This document shows positions 49,380 through 62,379 of a DNA stretch of 64,000 bases, piece after piece. The notes beneath the pieces were generated by a model that worked only from the letters and a program-made list of their open reading frames with translations, was not told where the DNA came from and made no database searches. The DNA comes from Mobula hypostoma. Lineage: Eukaryota. The DNA is taken from NCBI RefSeq assembly GCF_963921235.1, contig NC_086097.1, positions 238,516,001-238,580,000 on the forward strand, read 5' to 3'. The translations under genes were made by a program, and so were the position numbers. Within the stretch, counting starts at the first letter, position 1. The number at the start of each line of letters is the position of its first letter.

Positions 49380-50517
49380 GGGGTAGTGTTCATGGACCAT
49401 TTAAAAATCTGATTGCATTGGCGAAGAAGCTGTTCTAAAATGTTGAGTGTGCACATTCAGGCTCTTGCACCTCCACCCTGATGGTAGAAATGAGAAGAGG
49501 GCATGTTCTGGATGGTAAGTGATCGTGATGAAGTGTGCCAGCTTCATGAAGCACCACCTTTTAAAGAAATCCTCAATAGTAGGAAGGCTTGAGCCTGTGA
49601 AGGGGATTGCTGAATCTTCAACCCAACACGAGCTCTTGCAATCCCGTGCATAAGTGCCTCCATAATAGTTGGTGCTGCAATGAACTGTAATGCCTGCCGT
49701 AGAACACTTTCAGAACTTTGCAATAGTCTTCAGTTACACACCAAATCACCCAAAACTCCTAATGAAGTATGCTGTAACTACTTGTTATTGCACTAATATG
49801 TTGGGCCCAGTATAGATCTTCAGAAATGTTGATGGCCAGGAACTTGAAGTTGCTCACCCTTTCCAGTGCTGAACCCCTCAATAAGGACTGATGTTTGAGA
49901 CCATAAGATATAGGAGCAGAATTAGGCCATTTGACCTGTCTAGTCTGCTCCGCCATTATCATTATGACTGATCCATTTTCCCTCTCAGCCCCAATCTCCT
50001 GCATTCTCCCCGTGTCCCTTCATGCCCTGACTAATCAAAAATCTTTCAACCACCGCCTTAAATATACCCAATGAATTGGCCTCTGTAGCCACTTGTGGCA
50101 ATAAATTCCACAGATTCACTACTCTCTTGCTAAGGAAATTCCTCCACATCTCCGTTCTAAATGAACATCCCTCTATTCTGTACCCTCTTCCACCATAGGA
50201 AGCATCCTCTCCATATCGACACTATTGAGGCCATTCAACATTCAATAAGTTTCAATGAGATCCCCTCTCGTTCTTCTGAATTCTAGTGAGTACAGGCCCA
50301 GAGCTATCAAGCACCCCTCATATGATAAGATTTTCAATCCTGGAATTATTTTTGTGAACCTCCTTTGAACACCCTCCAATGTCAGCACATCCTTTCTTCG
50401 ATGATGTGCCCAAAACTGCTCACAACACTCCAAGTAAGGCCTTACCAGTGCCTTATAAAGACTCAGCATTACATTATTGCTTTTATATTCTAGTTCTCTC
50501 AAAATGAATGCTAACAT
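49380..50517 (-). mobile_element. Rex fragment (49380-49890) abutting CR1 3' fragment (49900-50517)
   Basis: LERVSNFKFLAINISEDL; LVRPYLECCEQFWA. Confidence 0.75.
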
Positions 50518-51559
50518 TTTCTCCTGACTTCCACTTTCTGAAATCCACAATCAGTTCCTTGGTCTTACAGACAGTCATTCATAGAAGCCCAATGATTTAT
50601 TGTCTCTCTTGCATCATGGAACCTCCTAGAGAAAGGACAGTGTAACACACGCATTTCCTCTTACTATGCACTAGGCTAGTGGATGTTCTATGCCCATGAA
50701 GCCTCCATTCTGGATTTTTTTTTAAACTTCTAAGTGTGTTGATTAAAAAATCTTCTAAAAACTCTTAAGAGTCTTTATGAGAACAACAGAGCTCTCTCTC
50801 TCCCTCAGTTTTGCATCCTCCCTCTATTTTCTATGTTCCTATGTTTCTTCCTGGCAGCCATTTTGTATGTTACTGTTGACCCTGTACCTTGCGGAACATG
50901 GGGTTGAGAACTGATGGCACTCTCCATTCTTCACACTACGAAGTATTGCTCACTGTGCAGAGCAGAATACAGTATCATCAGGTACTGCCTGGGTCCTGTT
51001 TCAACACTTCCCTCTGTGTGTAAACAACTTAAGTCACTGACACATTTATTTTTGACCAGCTTCCCAACTTTTCTGTGAACAACACCCAATCTGGCCTGAG
51101 AACGAAACACAATGATGCTGCAGCGCACCAAAAATAGGTGAAATCTAAGTGCTAAGCTCCAATTCTATTTGCTATGCTTTCCTCAAAAATTATGTATAAG
51201 CGAATAGATCTGTACATAATGACAATACTTACCCCACAATTGCAAGTTTGTGAGGAGAAACTGACAGATGTATAATTATGATATTGAAAAGGTCAGGTTC
51301 ATTCACTGAAACTAGATAATTTCAATAGAGTAAATGAGGTTGCAAATCACTCCTTTCCCATTGATGTAAAAATCGATATAAACAACTTAATCGACTAAAC
51401 TTTCAAAAATTTAAAAGTAGGCTTGAAAATTATTGCAATCTAGGCTTTCTGTGTGACTGAATTAATGGATAAAAACTAACTGGTATCATAAAAAAAATAG
51501 GCAAAATATATTAATTACGTCTTAGCTGGTCTGTCTCTTGCTTAGTTTTTCCTTAGGGT

Positions 51560-51940
51560 TGAGGGATTGGAGATGCATCTCTACCAAAGCAGTGTAAGGC
51601 ACTCCTTTCCTCTGCTAGCCTGCAGGTCATCCTTGGGCAAGGTGTAGCACCTGCTTAGTACCCTTCCCCACCCCCGATCAGGGTCACGTGCAGTCATGGG
51701 AACAAGTGGTGGATGGTCGTATGAGCAGCTGGTGCACATCGCAAGTCCTGACCATTGACGCTAGGCGGACAAATTCAGAAGAGAATTGATAATGACTGGG
51801 GTCATCCATTTAGTAAAGACATTTCCCTGAAGAAAGCAATGGCAAACCATCCTATAGAAATATTTGCCAAAAATAATTATGATCAGGGTCAAAGACCATG
51901 ATCGACTATGTCATTCGACATGGTACAAAATGATGATGAT
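51560..51940 (+). mobile_element. RTE-derived bipartite SINE-like element
   Basis: GCAATGGCAAACCA motif (BovA/RTE 5' UTR type) plus RTE-like 3' end and (TGA)n tail; second copy at 54912-55295. Confidence 0.65.
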
Positions 51941-52483
51941 GTCATTCCGATCTGCTTAAATAAAATGGACATCATAATTTGGAAGGAATGATCATAAGGA
52001 AGAATAATAGAGGAAAATCTGCATTAATTAAATCACAAACACAAAATCTTTGGAATTCAATGCCGGTTAATGAAACATCCAGACAAATTGCAAACAATCA
52101 AAATTTCACATATTTTGATGTAATTTCATATTTACATCAGTTAAGTACTTGCTTTAGTCTGTGTCCATGTCACAGGGGGCTGCACACTAACTGTGTAAAA
52201 TGTTTAAATAAATCCAATCAAAAGTAATCATCCTGAAAGTATGCAGAGCACATTGTCAGAATATCCATTTATCTGAAGTGGTGATACCAGTTTCCCAGCT
52301 GCCTTGCAACACTTCCTTAATGATGACATTTATCAACATTTTAGGCACACTAATTAATTCAACAACTATCTTTGCACAAACTTTACTCAGTTTAAAAAAT
52401 TGCATGTTCCTTGTTAAAGCGTTTGCTCTCTCAGGATATATCCATGCCTTTGCAGGAACCTAGTTTTTCAACCCTGATATCTT

Positions 52484-52558
52484 AGGGTTCCCAACCTGGG
52501 GTCCACAGACACCTCAGTTAATGGTAGAGTCCATGACATAAAAAATTTGGGAACCCCC
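52484..52558 (-). mobile_element. hAT-type MITE
   Basis: agggttcccaacctgggg...ttgggaacccc. Confidence 0.6.
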
Positions 52559-52854
52559 GTAAGATCTTTTAGACTAGGTGTGATCTCATTTCTTTAATGC
52601 TTGCAACAGTTTACTAATAGTTGTACTGCTGGGTTCAGAAAAATTAAACAAAATCCAATTTTAAAAAGCCTGAGGTTAAAAAGAGAGTTAAAAGATAGAA
52701 TAGAAGAGATGGGGGAGAATTAAGAGTACAAGAGAGAACAAAATTAATTAATTTCCTTTCTATAGTTTAATGATAGGCTGATGTCACTGGCCAGGTGCAG
52801 ATTTACCAGCTAATTATTCACGCTGCTTAAACTAAGACATTTCAGAAAAATAAT

Positions 52855-52995
52855 AAACACAAGAGACATTGCGGATGCTGGAAATCTTCAGGAACACACA
52901 CATACAAAATGTTGGAGGAACTCAAAATGTCAGGCAGTATCTATAGAGGGAATTATTAAACAGTCGATGTTTCAGGCAGGACGTTTTTTTCAGGG
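52855..52995 (-). mobile_element. Degenerate Penelope pLTR fragment
   Basis: gatgctggaaatc...aaatgttggaggaactc...cagtcgatgtttcagg. Confidence 0.6.
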
Positions 52996-54064
52996 AGATG
53001 CCAAGAGTCAACCACAGAAGAACCACATGCCACATTACGCCAGCTAAGGATGAGAGATTTTCTTCCCTGAGGGTTGACTGTGAGCAAGAAGTTTCATCAT
53101 GACAATTCATTAACTGGTTATTGTTATTGGTACAGATTTCTTGATTTAATTATTTAAAACATTAATAGTGCACACTTCTGAATACTTAGAACATGACAAT
53201 GATATAATATACTATACTTATAACAGTGCCCCATATAAAATACTATTTGGCTGTTATTCCTACACTGGCTCTTAAAGTCTCATACAATTTTAATACAAAT
53301 TTGCATGTATTTCCAATTAATAAAAATATTAAATAATAATGAATAAGTCTTTTAGTGTCCGACGTAGAAAGCTTTAGACATCCCATTGTGTTGTGAACTA
53401 CAAAAACTATTTCTGTCTAAAGTCTGATCGAAAAACACTAGGTTCCTTCAAAAAATTCTAATCTGAGCCTCTGTACATGCAACATGCAAAATCATCTCTG
53501 TCGCACTAACGTACTTCATGATCAGTTTTACTGACATTCCGTATGTAACTTATAAATGGCAGAGGTCTTGAATCTGAAATTTGCCTTCCTTAGAGGTTCA
53601 TTAAAGCAACAAGCTCTGAATCTCCCAGAAGGGATCACTGGGTACCTGCACCAGGATCATAGCCCAAGTGTCTTTATGTAGTATTTCTGCATATTTAATG
53701 CAGGGTATGATAGATTCTTGATTGGTCAGGGCATGAGGGGGTATGGGGGTGGTGGGGGGAGTGGGGTGGGAGGCAGGAGATTGGGACTGAGAGGAAGCTG
53801 AAATGGCAGAGCAGACTTGATAGGCAAATGGCCTAATTCTGCTCCTATATTTCATGGTCTAAGGTAGATTTAGCGTTACAGAGATAACATCAACAAACCT
53901 TGTCAATTCTTCTGAAGTTTAAATCTGTAGATAACACATTTCTGCCACCATTCCTTGCAAACTATCCAAAAAAGTCCGATTGCCCATGCTGAGTAACAAT
54001 TACTTGTTTTTAAACTCTAAGGATTATAGACTTGTGGAGAACGGTCAGTTCATCACATCAATAC

Positions 54065-54790
54065 CATAGAGTCATAGAAAATTACAGTACAGAAACAGGT
54101 CCTTCAGCCCATCTGGTCCATGCTGAGCCATTTAAACTGCCCATTCCCATCAACCCGCGCTGGGACCACAGCACTTTATAAACTTACCATCCACGTACCT
54201 ATCCAAACTTCACTTAAACAATGAAATCGAGCTCACATGCACCATTTGTGCTGGCAGCTCATTCCACACTCTCACAAGTCTCTTAATAAAGCATTTTTTT
54301 TTCGCCAGAGGGTGGTGAATCTATGGAATTTGTTGCCACGGGTGGCAGTGGAGGTCAAGACATTGGGTGTATTTAAGGCAGAGATTGATAGGTATCTGAG
54401 TAGCCAGGGCATCAAAGGTTATGGTGAGAAGGCGGGGGAGTGGTACTAAATGGAAGAATGGATCAGCTCATGATAAAATGGTGGAGCAGACTCGATGGGC
54501 CGAATGGCCAACTTCTGTTCCTTTGTCTTATGGTCTTATGGTTCCCCTTATCTTCCCCCTGAATCTTTTCACCTTTCACCCTTAACTGATGACCTTTAGT
54601 TGTAGTGCCACCCAACCTCAGTGGAAAACGTCTGCTTGCATTTACCCTATCTATACCCCACATATTTTGTATACCTCTATCAAATGGCCTCTCAATCTTC
54701 TATATTCTAGGGAATAAAGTTCTAATCTATTCAATCATTCCTTATAACTCCTTACAATATACTTGTAAATTTTCTCCGTACTCTTTCAAC
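54065..54790. mobile_element. Minus-strand CR1 3' fragment with nested plus-strand CR1 tail (54295-54540)
   Basis: FFRQRVVNLWNLLP (plus); GIDRVNASRRFPLRLG (minus). Confidence 0.75.
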
Positions 54791-54911
54791 CTCAGTTATA
54801 TCTTTCCTTTGAGAGACAAAAAGTGAAATTAAAGTGGTCCACTATCACATCTTACTCCACAGAGAGCCAATATCAATTTTGCAATGTTGATATTAGAGTC
54901 GTAGAGCACTC

Positions 54912-55295
54912 ATCATTTTCATTATAAACTGAGTCATATGACCTTGGCGATTATGATCCCATGACCATGATTGTTTCTGGCATTTTTTTCAACAGAAGTG
55001 GTTTGCCATTGCGTTCTTCTGGGCAGTGTCTTTCCAAGACTGGATCAATACTCCTCAGAGATTGTCTACCCGGCATTAGTGGTCACAAATAACCAGGACT
55101 TGTGATATGCACCAGCTGCTCATATGACCATCCACCACCTTCTCTGATAGCTTCACACGACTCTGATTGGGGTGGGGGGGGGTGAGGCTAAGCAGGTGCT
55201 ACACCTTTCCCAAGGGTGACCTGCAGGAGAGCAGAGGGATGAAGTGCTTTACACCTCGTTTTGTGGAAAAGTATATTCGTACTTCACTACCCAAT
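54912..55295 (-). mobile_element. RTE-derived bipartite SINE-like element, second copy
   Basis: Reverse-complement homology to 51560-51940. Confidence 0.65.
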
Positions 55296-55699
55296 AGAGC
55301 TCTACAACACAGAAGTAAGTCCTTTGTTCCATCAGGTTCATGCTGAACTGTTACACTGCCTCATCCCATAAATGTGTACCTGGACCATATCTCTTCATAC
55401 CCCTCCCATCCAGGTACTTATCCAAATTTCTCAAGTTTTGAAATAAAACCCATATCCACCACTTCTGGTGACAGCTCTTTACACACTTTCTCTGTCCAGA
55501 TAAGAGCCTGTAAGTTAGGTGGTGTTGCATCATGTACCTTCAGTTGCAGTCGGATCTGATGCATCATCGTTTGTGAGAAATATTATTCATTTCTGCTTTA
55601 AAGGTATTCAGTATTATTAATTAACCACTCTTTTGCAAAACTGCAAGTTGATAAGAAGCCAGAGTTTATTGAAAATAAATTTTGAAGTAATACTATATG

Positions 55700-56170
55700 T
55701 GGATACTATAGAGAGAGTGCAGAGGAGATTTACAAGGATGTTGCCTGGATTGGAGGGCGTACCTTATGAGAATAGGTTGAGTGAACTTGGCCTTTTCTCC
55801 TTGGAGTGACGGAGGATGAAAGGTGACCTGATAGAGGTGTATAAGATGAAGAGGGGCATTGATCGTGTGGACAGCTAAAGGCTTTTTCCCAGGGCTGAAG
55901 TGGGGAACATGAGGGGGCATAGTTTTAAGCTGCTTGGAAATAGCTACAGAGGGGATGTCAGGGGTAAGTTTTTCATGAGCATGGAATGCACTGGTGGTGG
56001 TGGAAGCAGATAAAATAGGTTATTTTAAGAAGCCTCTTAGGTACATGGAGCTTTGAAAAATAGAGGGCTATGGGGAAGGAAATTCTAGGCAGTTTCTAGA
56101 GTAGGTTATATGGTCAGCAGAACATTGTGGGCCAAAAGGCCTGTAATGAGCTGTAGATTTCTATGTTTCT
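55700..56170 (+). mobile_element. CR1 3' fragment
   Basis: ERVQRRFTRMLPGLE; (TTCTATGT)n tail. Confidence 0.8.
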
Positions 56171-57892
56171 ATATAATATACCTCACATGTAGATGCTGGT
56201 GAAAATGAGAATTCTGACCATAAAAGCCACTCATATCACAATGGGCAGAAAGATGATTGAATGTAGAATAATGGAAGAATGAAGCTAAAAAGATTGTAAG
56301 TGGAAAGATGCAATGAGCATCTAAATGGAAGTCACTTAGGAACATTTCAATAATTCATAGTATTACAGAGAGATACTGGGAACAAAATTCAGTGAAAATA
56401 TCAAAGTTGTTTGCTTCTAATATATTGCTGGCATCCTTGTGAGCATTACTAAATAAGTCCAACAGAGTCAATTGAAACATGACAAACCAAATAACCCACT
56501 TATTGTGCTATAAAGATCCATCATGATGAAGATCTATCAAAACTTATTGAAAAGCTTTATAACCGCAAATATACAGTTGAGCTTTGCTTTAGTAATACCG
56601 ATAAAACTTTCTTCCAATTTTGAAATTTAGTGAAACATTTATCCAATTGCTATTGAAGATCATGCTTTCAGTTTGTTCTATGACATCTATTATTTATGGT
56701 CCTCAAACCAAAATACCTATGACTGTACAACAGCAGAAGATAACAAGATATTGTAATTTAATGTACTTCAACTGACAGCCACTTAACATTGACATCCTGA
56801 GAAAACAACCTCTCCCACAGCGTTTAGTTTACTTACACAAATGATTAGTTTGTGCATCTGTGCTCAAATATCTCATACTTAATGTCAACTAAATATTATT
56901 TCTGGAATCCAGGTTCCTTGCGAAATTCCTGATGTGTGTTCACACCAGTAATAATCGCAAATGGGTTGAAAAATTACCCAATTTACAATATTTCAGCAAA
57001 CCAACCATGAACTGAAAAGTACTTCTCATTATTTACAAAATTAAATTGCAGAGTCTCATTTCATCTCCAGGAATGAATTACGAGGTTAAGTTGAAGAAAT
57101 ATCAATGCATAACGATGAAGGATGTTGTATTCATGCTGGTCGTATGGATTGTAATAACTGCATGCAGACCAGGGCAGTGCCTAAATAATCTCAGAATGAC
57201 GCTTCTCAAATTGTTCTCCAGTTTTGTCCTCAAGATTGATGCTAACAGAGCAGCCTCTTAAATGGAATTCTCAGCAGTAAACCAAAAGACACTTAAATGA
57301 GATTGGCTAAAACTCATCTGTACCCTTTCAACCAGGCTAGTTGCATCATGACCTGCTATGGAAACAACAACAGCCAGGAGTGTAAACGTTTGCAAAAAGT
57401 GATGAATACAGCCTAATCCATTACAGGCAAATCCCCAGCATTGAGCAATTTTACAAGGAGTGCTGCCACAAAAAAGCAGCATCTATCATCAAGAACCTAC
57501 ATCATTTAGGTTTCTCTTCTTGCTACTATCATCAGGCAGGAAACACAGGAGTCTTAAGTGCCACACCACCAGGTTCAGGAACAGTTACTATCCCTTAACC
57601 ATCAGGCTTTTGAACCAAAGCGGATAACTTCACTCAGCTTCAATTGCCCCATTATTGAAATGTTCCCACAACCTATGGAGTCATTTTCAAGGTTTACCTC
57701 ATGTTCTCAATATTTATTGCTTATTTATTTATTATTTCTTCTTTTTCTATTCAGTTTGTTGTCTTCCGCACTCTAGTTGAACGCCCTAGTTGGGCAGCCT
57801 TTCCTTGATTCAGATATGGTTATTATTCTATAGATTTTTTGAGTATGCCCACAAGAAAACGAGTCTCAGTGTAGAATATGGTAACATACACA

Positions 57893-58159
57893 CGAGGGGT
57901 GATTGATAAGTTTGTGGCCTAAGGTAGAAGGAGTCAATTTTAGAAAACCTAGCACATTTATTTTTCAACATAGTCCCCTCCTACATTTACACACTTAGTC
58001 CAGCGGTCATGGAGCATTCTGGAGATCTTGGACCTCCAGAAAGTGCCCACAGCAGGGGTGATGGATAAGTTTGTGACATAAGGTAGTAGGAGATGAGTTA
58101 TACAGCTGCGTAACTCATCTCCTTCTACCTTAGGCCACAAACTTATCAATCGCCCTTTG
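57893..58159. mobile_element. Mariner-type MITE with a third internal TIR copy
   Basis: TIR CGAGGGGTGATTGATAAGTTTGTGGCCTAAGGTAGAAGGA and its reverse complement; TA at right; inserted in a Rex tail (57340-58195). Confidence 0.8.
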
Positions 58160-58660
58160 TATACTTTGACAACAAACTTACTTTGAACTTTAAAGGGTGC
58201 TGGCTTTAGGATGAGCAGCAATTCTTCTGGCAAAACACCATGGAATTTATGGAGTCTGTTTTAATATCATTAGCCAATAGTTACCGGTCAGAGAAATTCT
58301 GGGCACGCTATGTTGGCACAAGAATGAGTGGCAGCATTCGCGGGCTGCCCAGAACAAATCCACAAATTATATTCGCTGATACTGCAAATGACATATTTCC
58401 CTATATGCTTTGATGTACATGTGATAAATAAAAGTCTTAATCTGAAATATTATTAAGTATAATAGATCACACCACTCTTTTTGTGTGCTGCATCAGAACT
58501 GACATTTTAAAAGGAACCTATCATTTTCAGTCATTTTTTTCTCTTTTTTTTGCTAGGAGAGCCAGCGACCTGATCATTGGCAATGCCTTAAATAGACAAA
58601 GATGCTTATCTGATCTTAAACAGGGTACCATGGTGGCTCAGCAATTAGCGCAATGCTATT

Positions 58661-59670
58661 AGAATCAGAATCAGGTTTATTATCACCGGCATGTTATGTG
58701 AAATTTGTTAGCTTGGCAGCAGCAGTTCAATGCAATACATAATCTAGCAGAGGGAGAAAAAAATAATAATAAATAAACAAGTAACTCAATTACGTATATT
58801 GAATAGATTTTTTTTTAAATTGTGCAAAAACAGAAATACTGTATATTAAAAAATGTAAGGTATTGTCCAAAGCTTCAATATCCACTTAGGAATCGGGTGG
58901 CAGAGGGGAAGAAGCTGTTTCTGAATCGCTGAGTGTGTGCCTTCAGGCTTCTGTACCTCCTACCTGATGGTAACGGTGAGAAAAGGGCATGCCCTGGGTG
59001 CTGGAGGTCCTTAATAATGGACGCTGCCTTTCTGAGACAACCCTCCCTGGGATGTCCTGGGTACTTTGTAGACTAGTGCCCAAGATGGAGCTGACTAGAT
59101 TTACAACCTTCTGCAGCTTCTTTCGGTCCTGCACAGTAGCCCCTCCATACCAGACAGTGATGCAGCCTGTCAGAATGCTCTCCACAGTACAACTATAGAA
59201 GTTTTTGAGTGTATTTGTTGGCATGCCAAATCTCTTCAAACTCCTAATGAAGTACAGCCTTGTCTTGCCTCCTTTATAACTGCATCGATATGTTGGGACC
59301 AGGTTAGATCCTCAAAGATCTTGACACCCAGGAACTTGAAGCTGCTCATTCTCTCCACTTCTGATCCCTCTATGAGGATTGGTATGTGTTCCTTTGTCTT
59401 ACCCTTCCAGAAGTTCACAATCAGCTCTTTCATCTTACTGATGTTGAGTGCCAGGTTGTTGCTGCAGCACCACTCCACTAGCTGGCATATCTCACTCCTG
59501 TACGCCCTCTCATCACCACCTGAGATTCTACCAAAATTGGTTGTATCATCAGCAAATTTGTAGATGGTATTTGAGCTATGCCTAGCCACACAGTCATGTG
59601 TATACAGAGAGTAGAGCAGTGCATTAAGCACACACCCCTGAGGTGTGCCAGTGTTGATCGTCAGCAAGGG
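58661..59670 (-). mobile_element. Rex1/Babar LINE 3' ~1 kb
   Basis: INTGTPQGCVL, YKFADDT, FKFLGV, FYSCTVESILTGCITVWYG; (ATTCTG)n tail. Confidence 0.9.
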
Positions 59671-59829
59671 GGATATGTTATCAGCATTACAGCTTTGGGT
59701 ATTGGAATTTGGAGTTCAATTCTGGCACCATCCGTAGGAAGATTGCATGTTCTCCCTGTGACCGTGTAGATTTCCTCTAGGTGCTCCAGTCTCCTTCCAC
59801 AGTCCAAAGACATACCGGACAGTGGGTTA

Positions 59830-60651
59830 ATAGAAACATAGAAACATAGAAAATAGGTGCAGGAGTAGGCCATTCGGCCCTTCGAGCCTGCACCGCCATT
59901 TATTATGATCATGGCTGATCATCCAGCTCAGAACCCCTCCCCAGCCTTCCCTCCATACCCCCTGACTCATGTAGCCACAAGGGCCATATCTAACTCCCTC
60001 TTAAATATAACTAATGAACTGGCCTCAACAGTTTCCTGTGGCAGAGAATTCCACAGATTCACCACTCTCTGTGTGAAGAAGTTTTTCCTAATCTCGGTCC
60101 TAAAAGGCTCCCCCTCTATCCTCAAACTGTGACCCCTCGTTCTGGACTTCCCCAACATCGGGAACAATCTTCCTGCATCTAGCCTGTCCAATCCCTTTAG
60201 GATCTTATACGTTTCAATCAGATCCCCCCTCAATCTTCTAAATTCCAACGAGTACAAGCCCAATTCATCCAGTCTTTCTTCATATGAAAGTCCTGCCATC
60301 CCAGGAATCAATCTGGTGAACCTTCTTTGTACTCCCTCTATGGCAAAGATGTCTTTCCTCAGATTAGGGGACCAAAACTGCACACAATACTCCAGGTGTG
60401 GTCTCTCCAAGGCCTTGTACAACTGCAGTAGTACCTCCCTGCTCCTGTACTCGAATCCTCTCGCTATAAATGCCAGCATACCATTCGCCTTTTTCACCGC
60501 CTGCTGTACCTGCATGCCCACTTTCAATGACTGGTGTATAATGACACCCAGGTCTCATTGCACCTCCCCTTTTCCTAATCGGCCACCATTCAGATAATAA
60601 TCTGTTTTCCTATTTTTGCCACCAAAGTGGATAAATTCACATTTATCCACA
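59830..60651 (-). mobile_element. Young CR1 LINE 3' fragment
   Basis: ORF 59967-60527; (CATAGAAA)n tail. Confidence 0.92.
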
Positions 60652-60744
60652 AATGTATCATTGTAAATTGTCCTGGGATTTGACTAGGGTTAAATAGATG
60701 GGTTGCTGGGTGGCAGGGCTCATTGCTCCACTCTATCTCAAAAT

Positions 60745-61560
60745 AATGGAGAGAAAATTCAAAAATCTGAAGTGCAAGGAGACTCGGGAATCCTTGTGCA
60801 GGTTAAGGGTTAATTTTCAGGTTGAGTGAGGCAAATGTGATGTTTGCATTCATTTCAAGAGGACTAGAATATAAAAGCATGGGTGCGATGTTGAGCCTTT
60901 ATAAAGCACTAGTGAGGCCTTATTGGAGTATTCCTCATCATTGAAAGCATGTGCTGAAACTGGAGAGGGTTTGAAGGAGGTTCACTAAAATGAAATTTGA
61001 GAAATTGTTCAATGTAAGAACAGATTCAGCCAAGGGAAAGAGTGTGACAGTGGAAGATGGTGGTGGTGGGTGGGAGGTGCAGTTTTCAAAGGTTGATGTG
61101 GGCAAGTCTCAAACAACCTTGTGGTGGATTGGACGTCCATGATCAAGTTGAACTGGCTAGGACTACAAAATAGGAAAGTAGGAAAATAACAAAATGGCGG
61201 ATGGCATCACAGTTGGAAGTGAGAAGACTGGACTACGAAAGAAATAACACAGTCTGATAGGAAAATGTTTTTTTCTCAAGTCAGAAGTGGCTAATATAAG
61301 GGTGCATAATTTTAAGGTGACTGAAGGAGGTAATACTGGAGATAAGTTCTTTACACAGAGAGTAGTGAGTGTCTGGAACACTCTCCCAGGGGTATTGGTA
61401 GAGGTAAGTATATTAAAAACTCTTGATGGGCACATGGATGATAGGAAAATGGAGGGCTACAGAGGAGGGAAGGGTTAGATTTCTCATTAAGTAGATTAAA
61501 AGGTTGGCAGAACCTTGTGGGCCATGGGACCTGTATGGTGTTGAAGTGTTCTATGTTCAG
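60745..61560 (+). mobile_element. Degenerate CR1 fragments (60745-60990, 61250-61560)
   Basis: AFISRGLEYKS; DKFFTQRVVSVWNTLP. Confidence 0.65.
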
Positions 61561-62379
61561 AGTATACCCAGAATCCTCAAGGCAATGAAAAAGAACTGCA
61601 TGATTTAGTGATTAAATACTTTAAGACAGCATCAAATAAAGAAAATGTATTTGACAATCAGAGGCAAATGAACTTTATCTCAATGTTCAAATTCAGAATT
61701 TATAGAACAGCTAGTCTACTATCTGCAGTGTTAAAACATTCATCCAGTGTGCATACATCATAATAATTACTAGTGTGAAGTCACTTAGAAGCAATATGGT
61801 ATGCCTCATAAATCTTTTGCAATTCTTTAACGGGTAACTAATTAGTGGTTTTAACGTGTTAAATTAGTGGTTGAGTGTTATCCAATAGATAAGATGTGTT
61901 TCAATTTTCAATTTTTTTTCTAATAATATTTGATGTGAGACTTCTATTATTCTGAGGAATATTAAGGTCTGTGGAATTAATGGGAAATTAACAAGTCAGA
62001 TGGAAAATCTGATGAAGATAAATGAATAATTCTGAGTCATTGGACAATGATTAATGAAGATCTCTTATCCCCGTCACCTTCTGTTGGTACTATTCATAAA
62101 TTACTAGAATTATTCTGAAATTTCCTAATATCCAGGTGAGCAGTTTTGGTTGACGGGATATAAAGAGATCTGGACAAATTGATTAGGTGAGCTGAAGAAT
62201 ATGAATTAAGATACAATGGAGGCCAAAAGAAACTAATGCATATTGGAAGCATCATCTTGAAAAGAGTACATGACAAATGGGCTTTTGATAATGAAATTGA
62301 AAGAAAGGATTGGAATTGGATTTTTTGGTCCTCACCCCAAAAACAACCCATTCAGCTGAAATATAAACTCTTTGGGAAT

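Larger units (their letters stand above)
58622..60745 (+). mobile_element. tRNA-derived V-SINE split by nested Rex and CR1 insertions
   Basis: Head ggtaccatggtggctcagcaattagc (58624), B box gagttcaattc (~59712), V-domain to 59830, tail 60655-60745. Confidence 0.65.

Noticed and set aside
51560..51800. HDV-like ribozyme in the RTE-derived SINE (also sought in 3209-3420)
   Set aside because: I could not assemble P1/P1.1/P2/P3 consistently by eye; only isolated hairpins were found.
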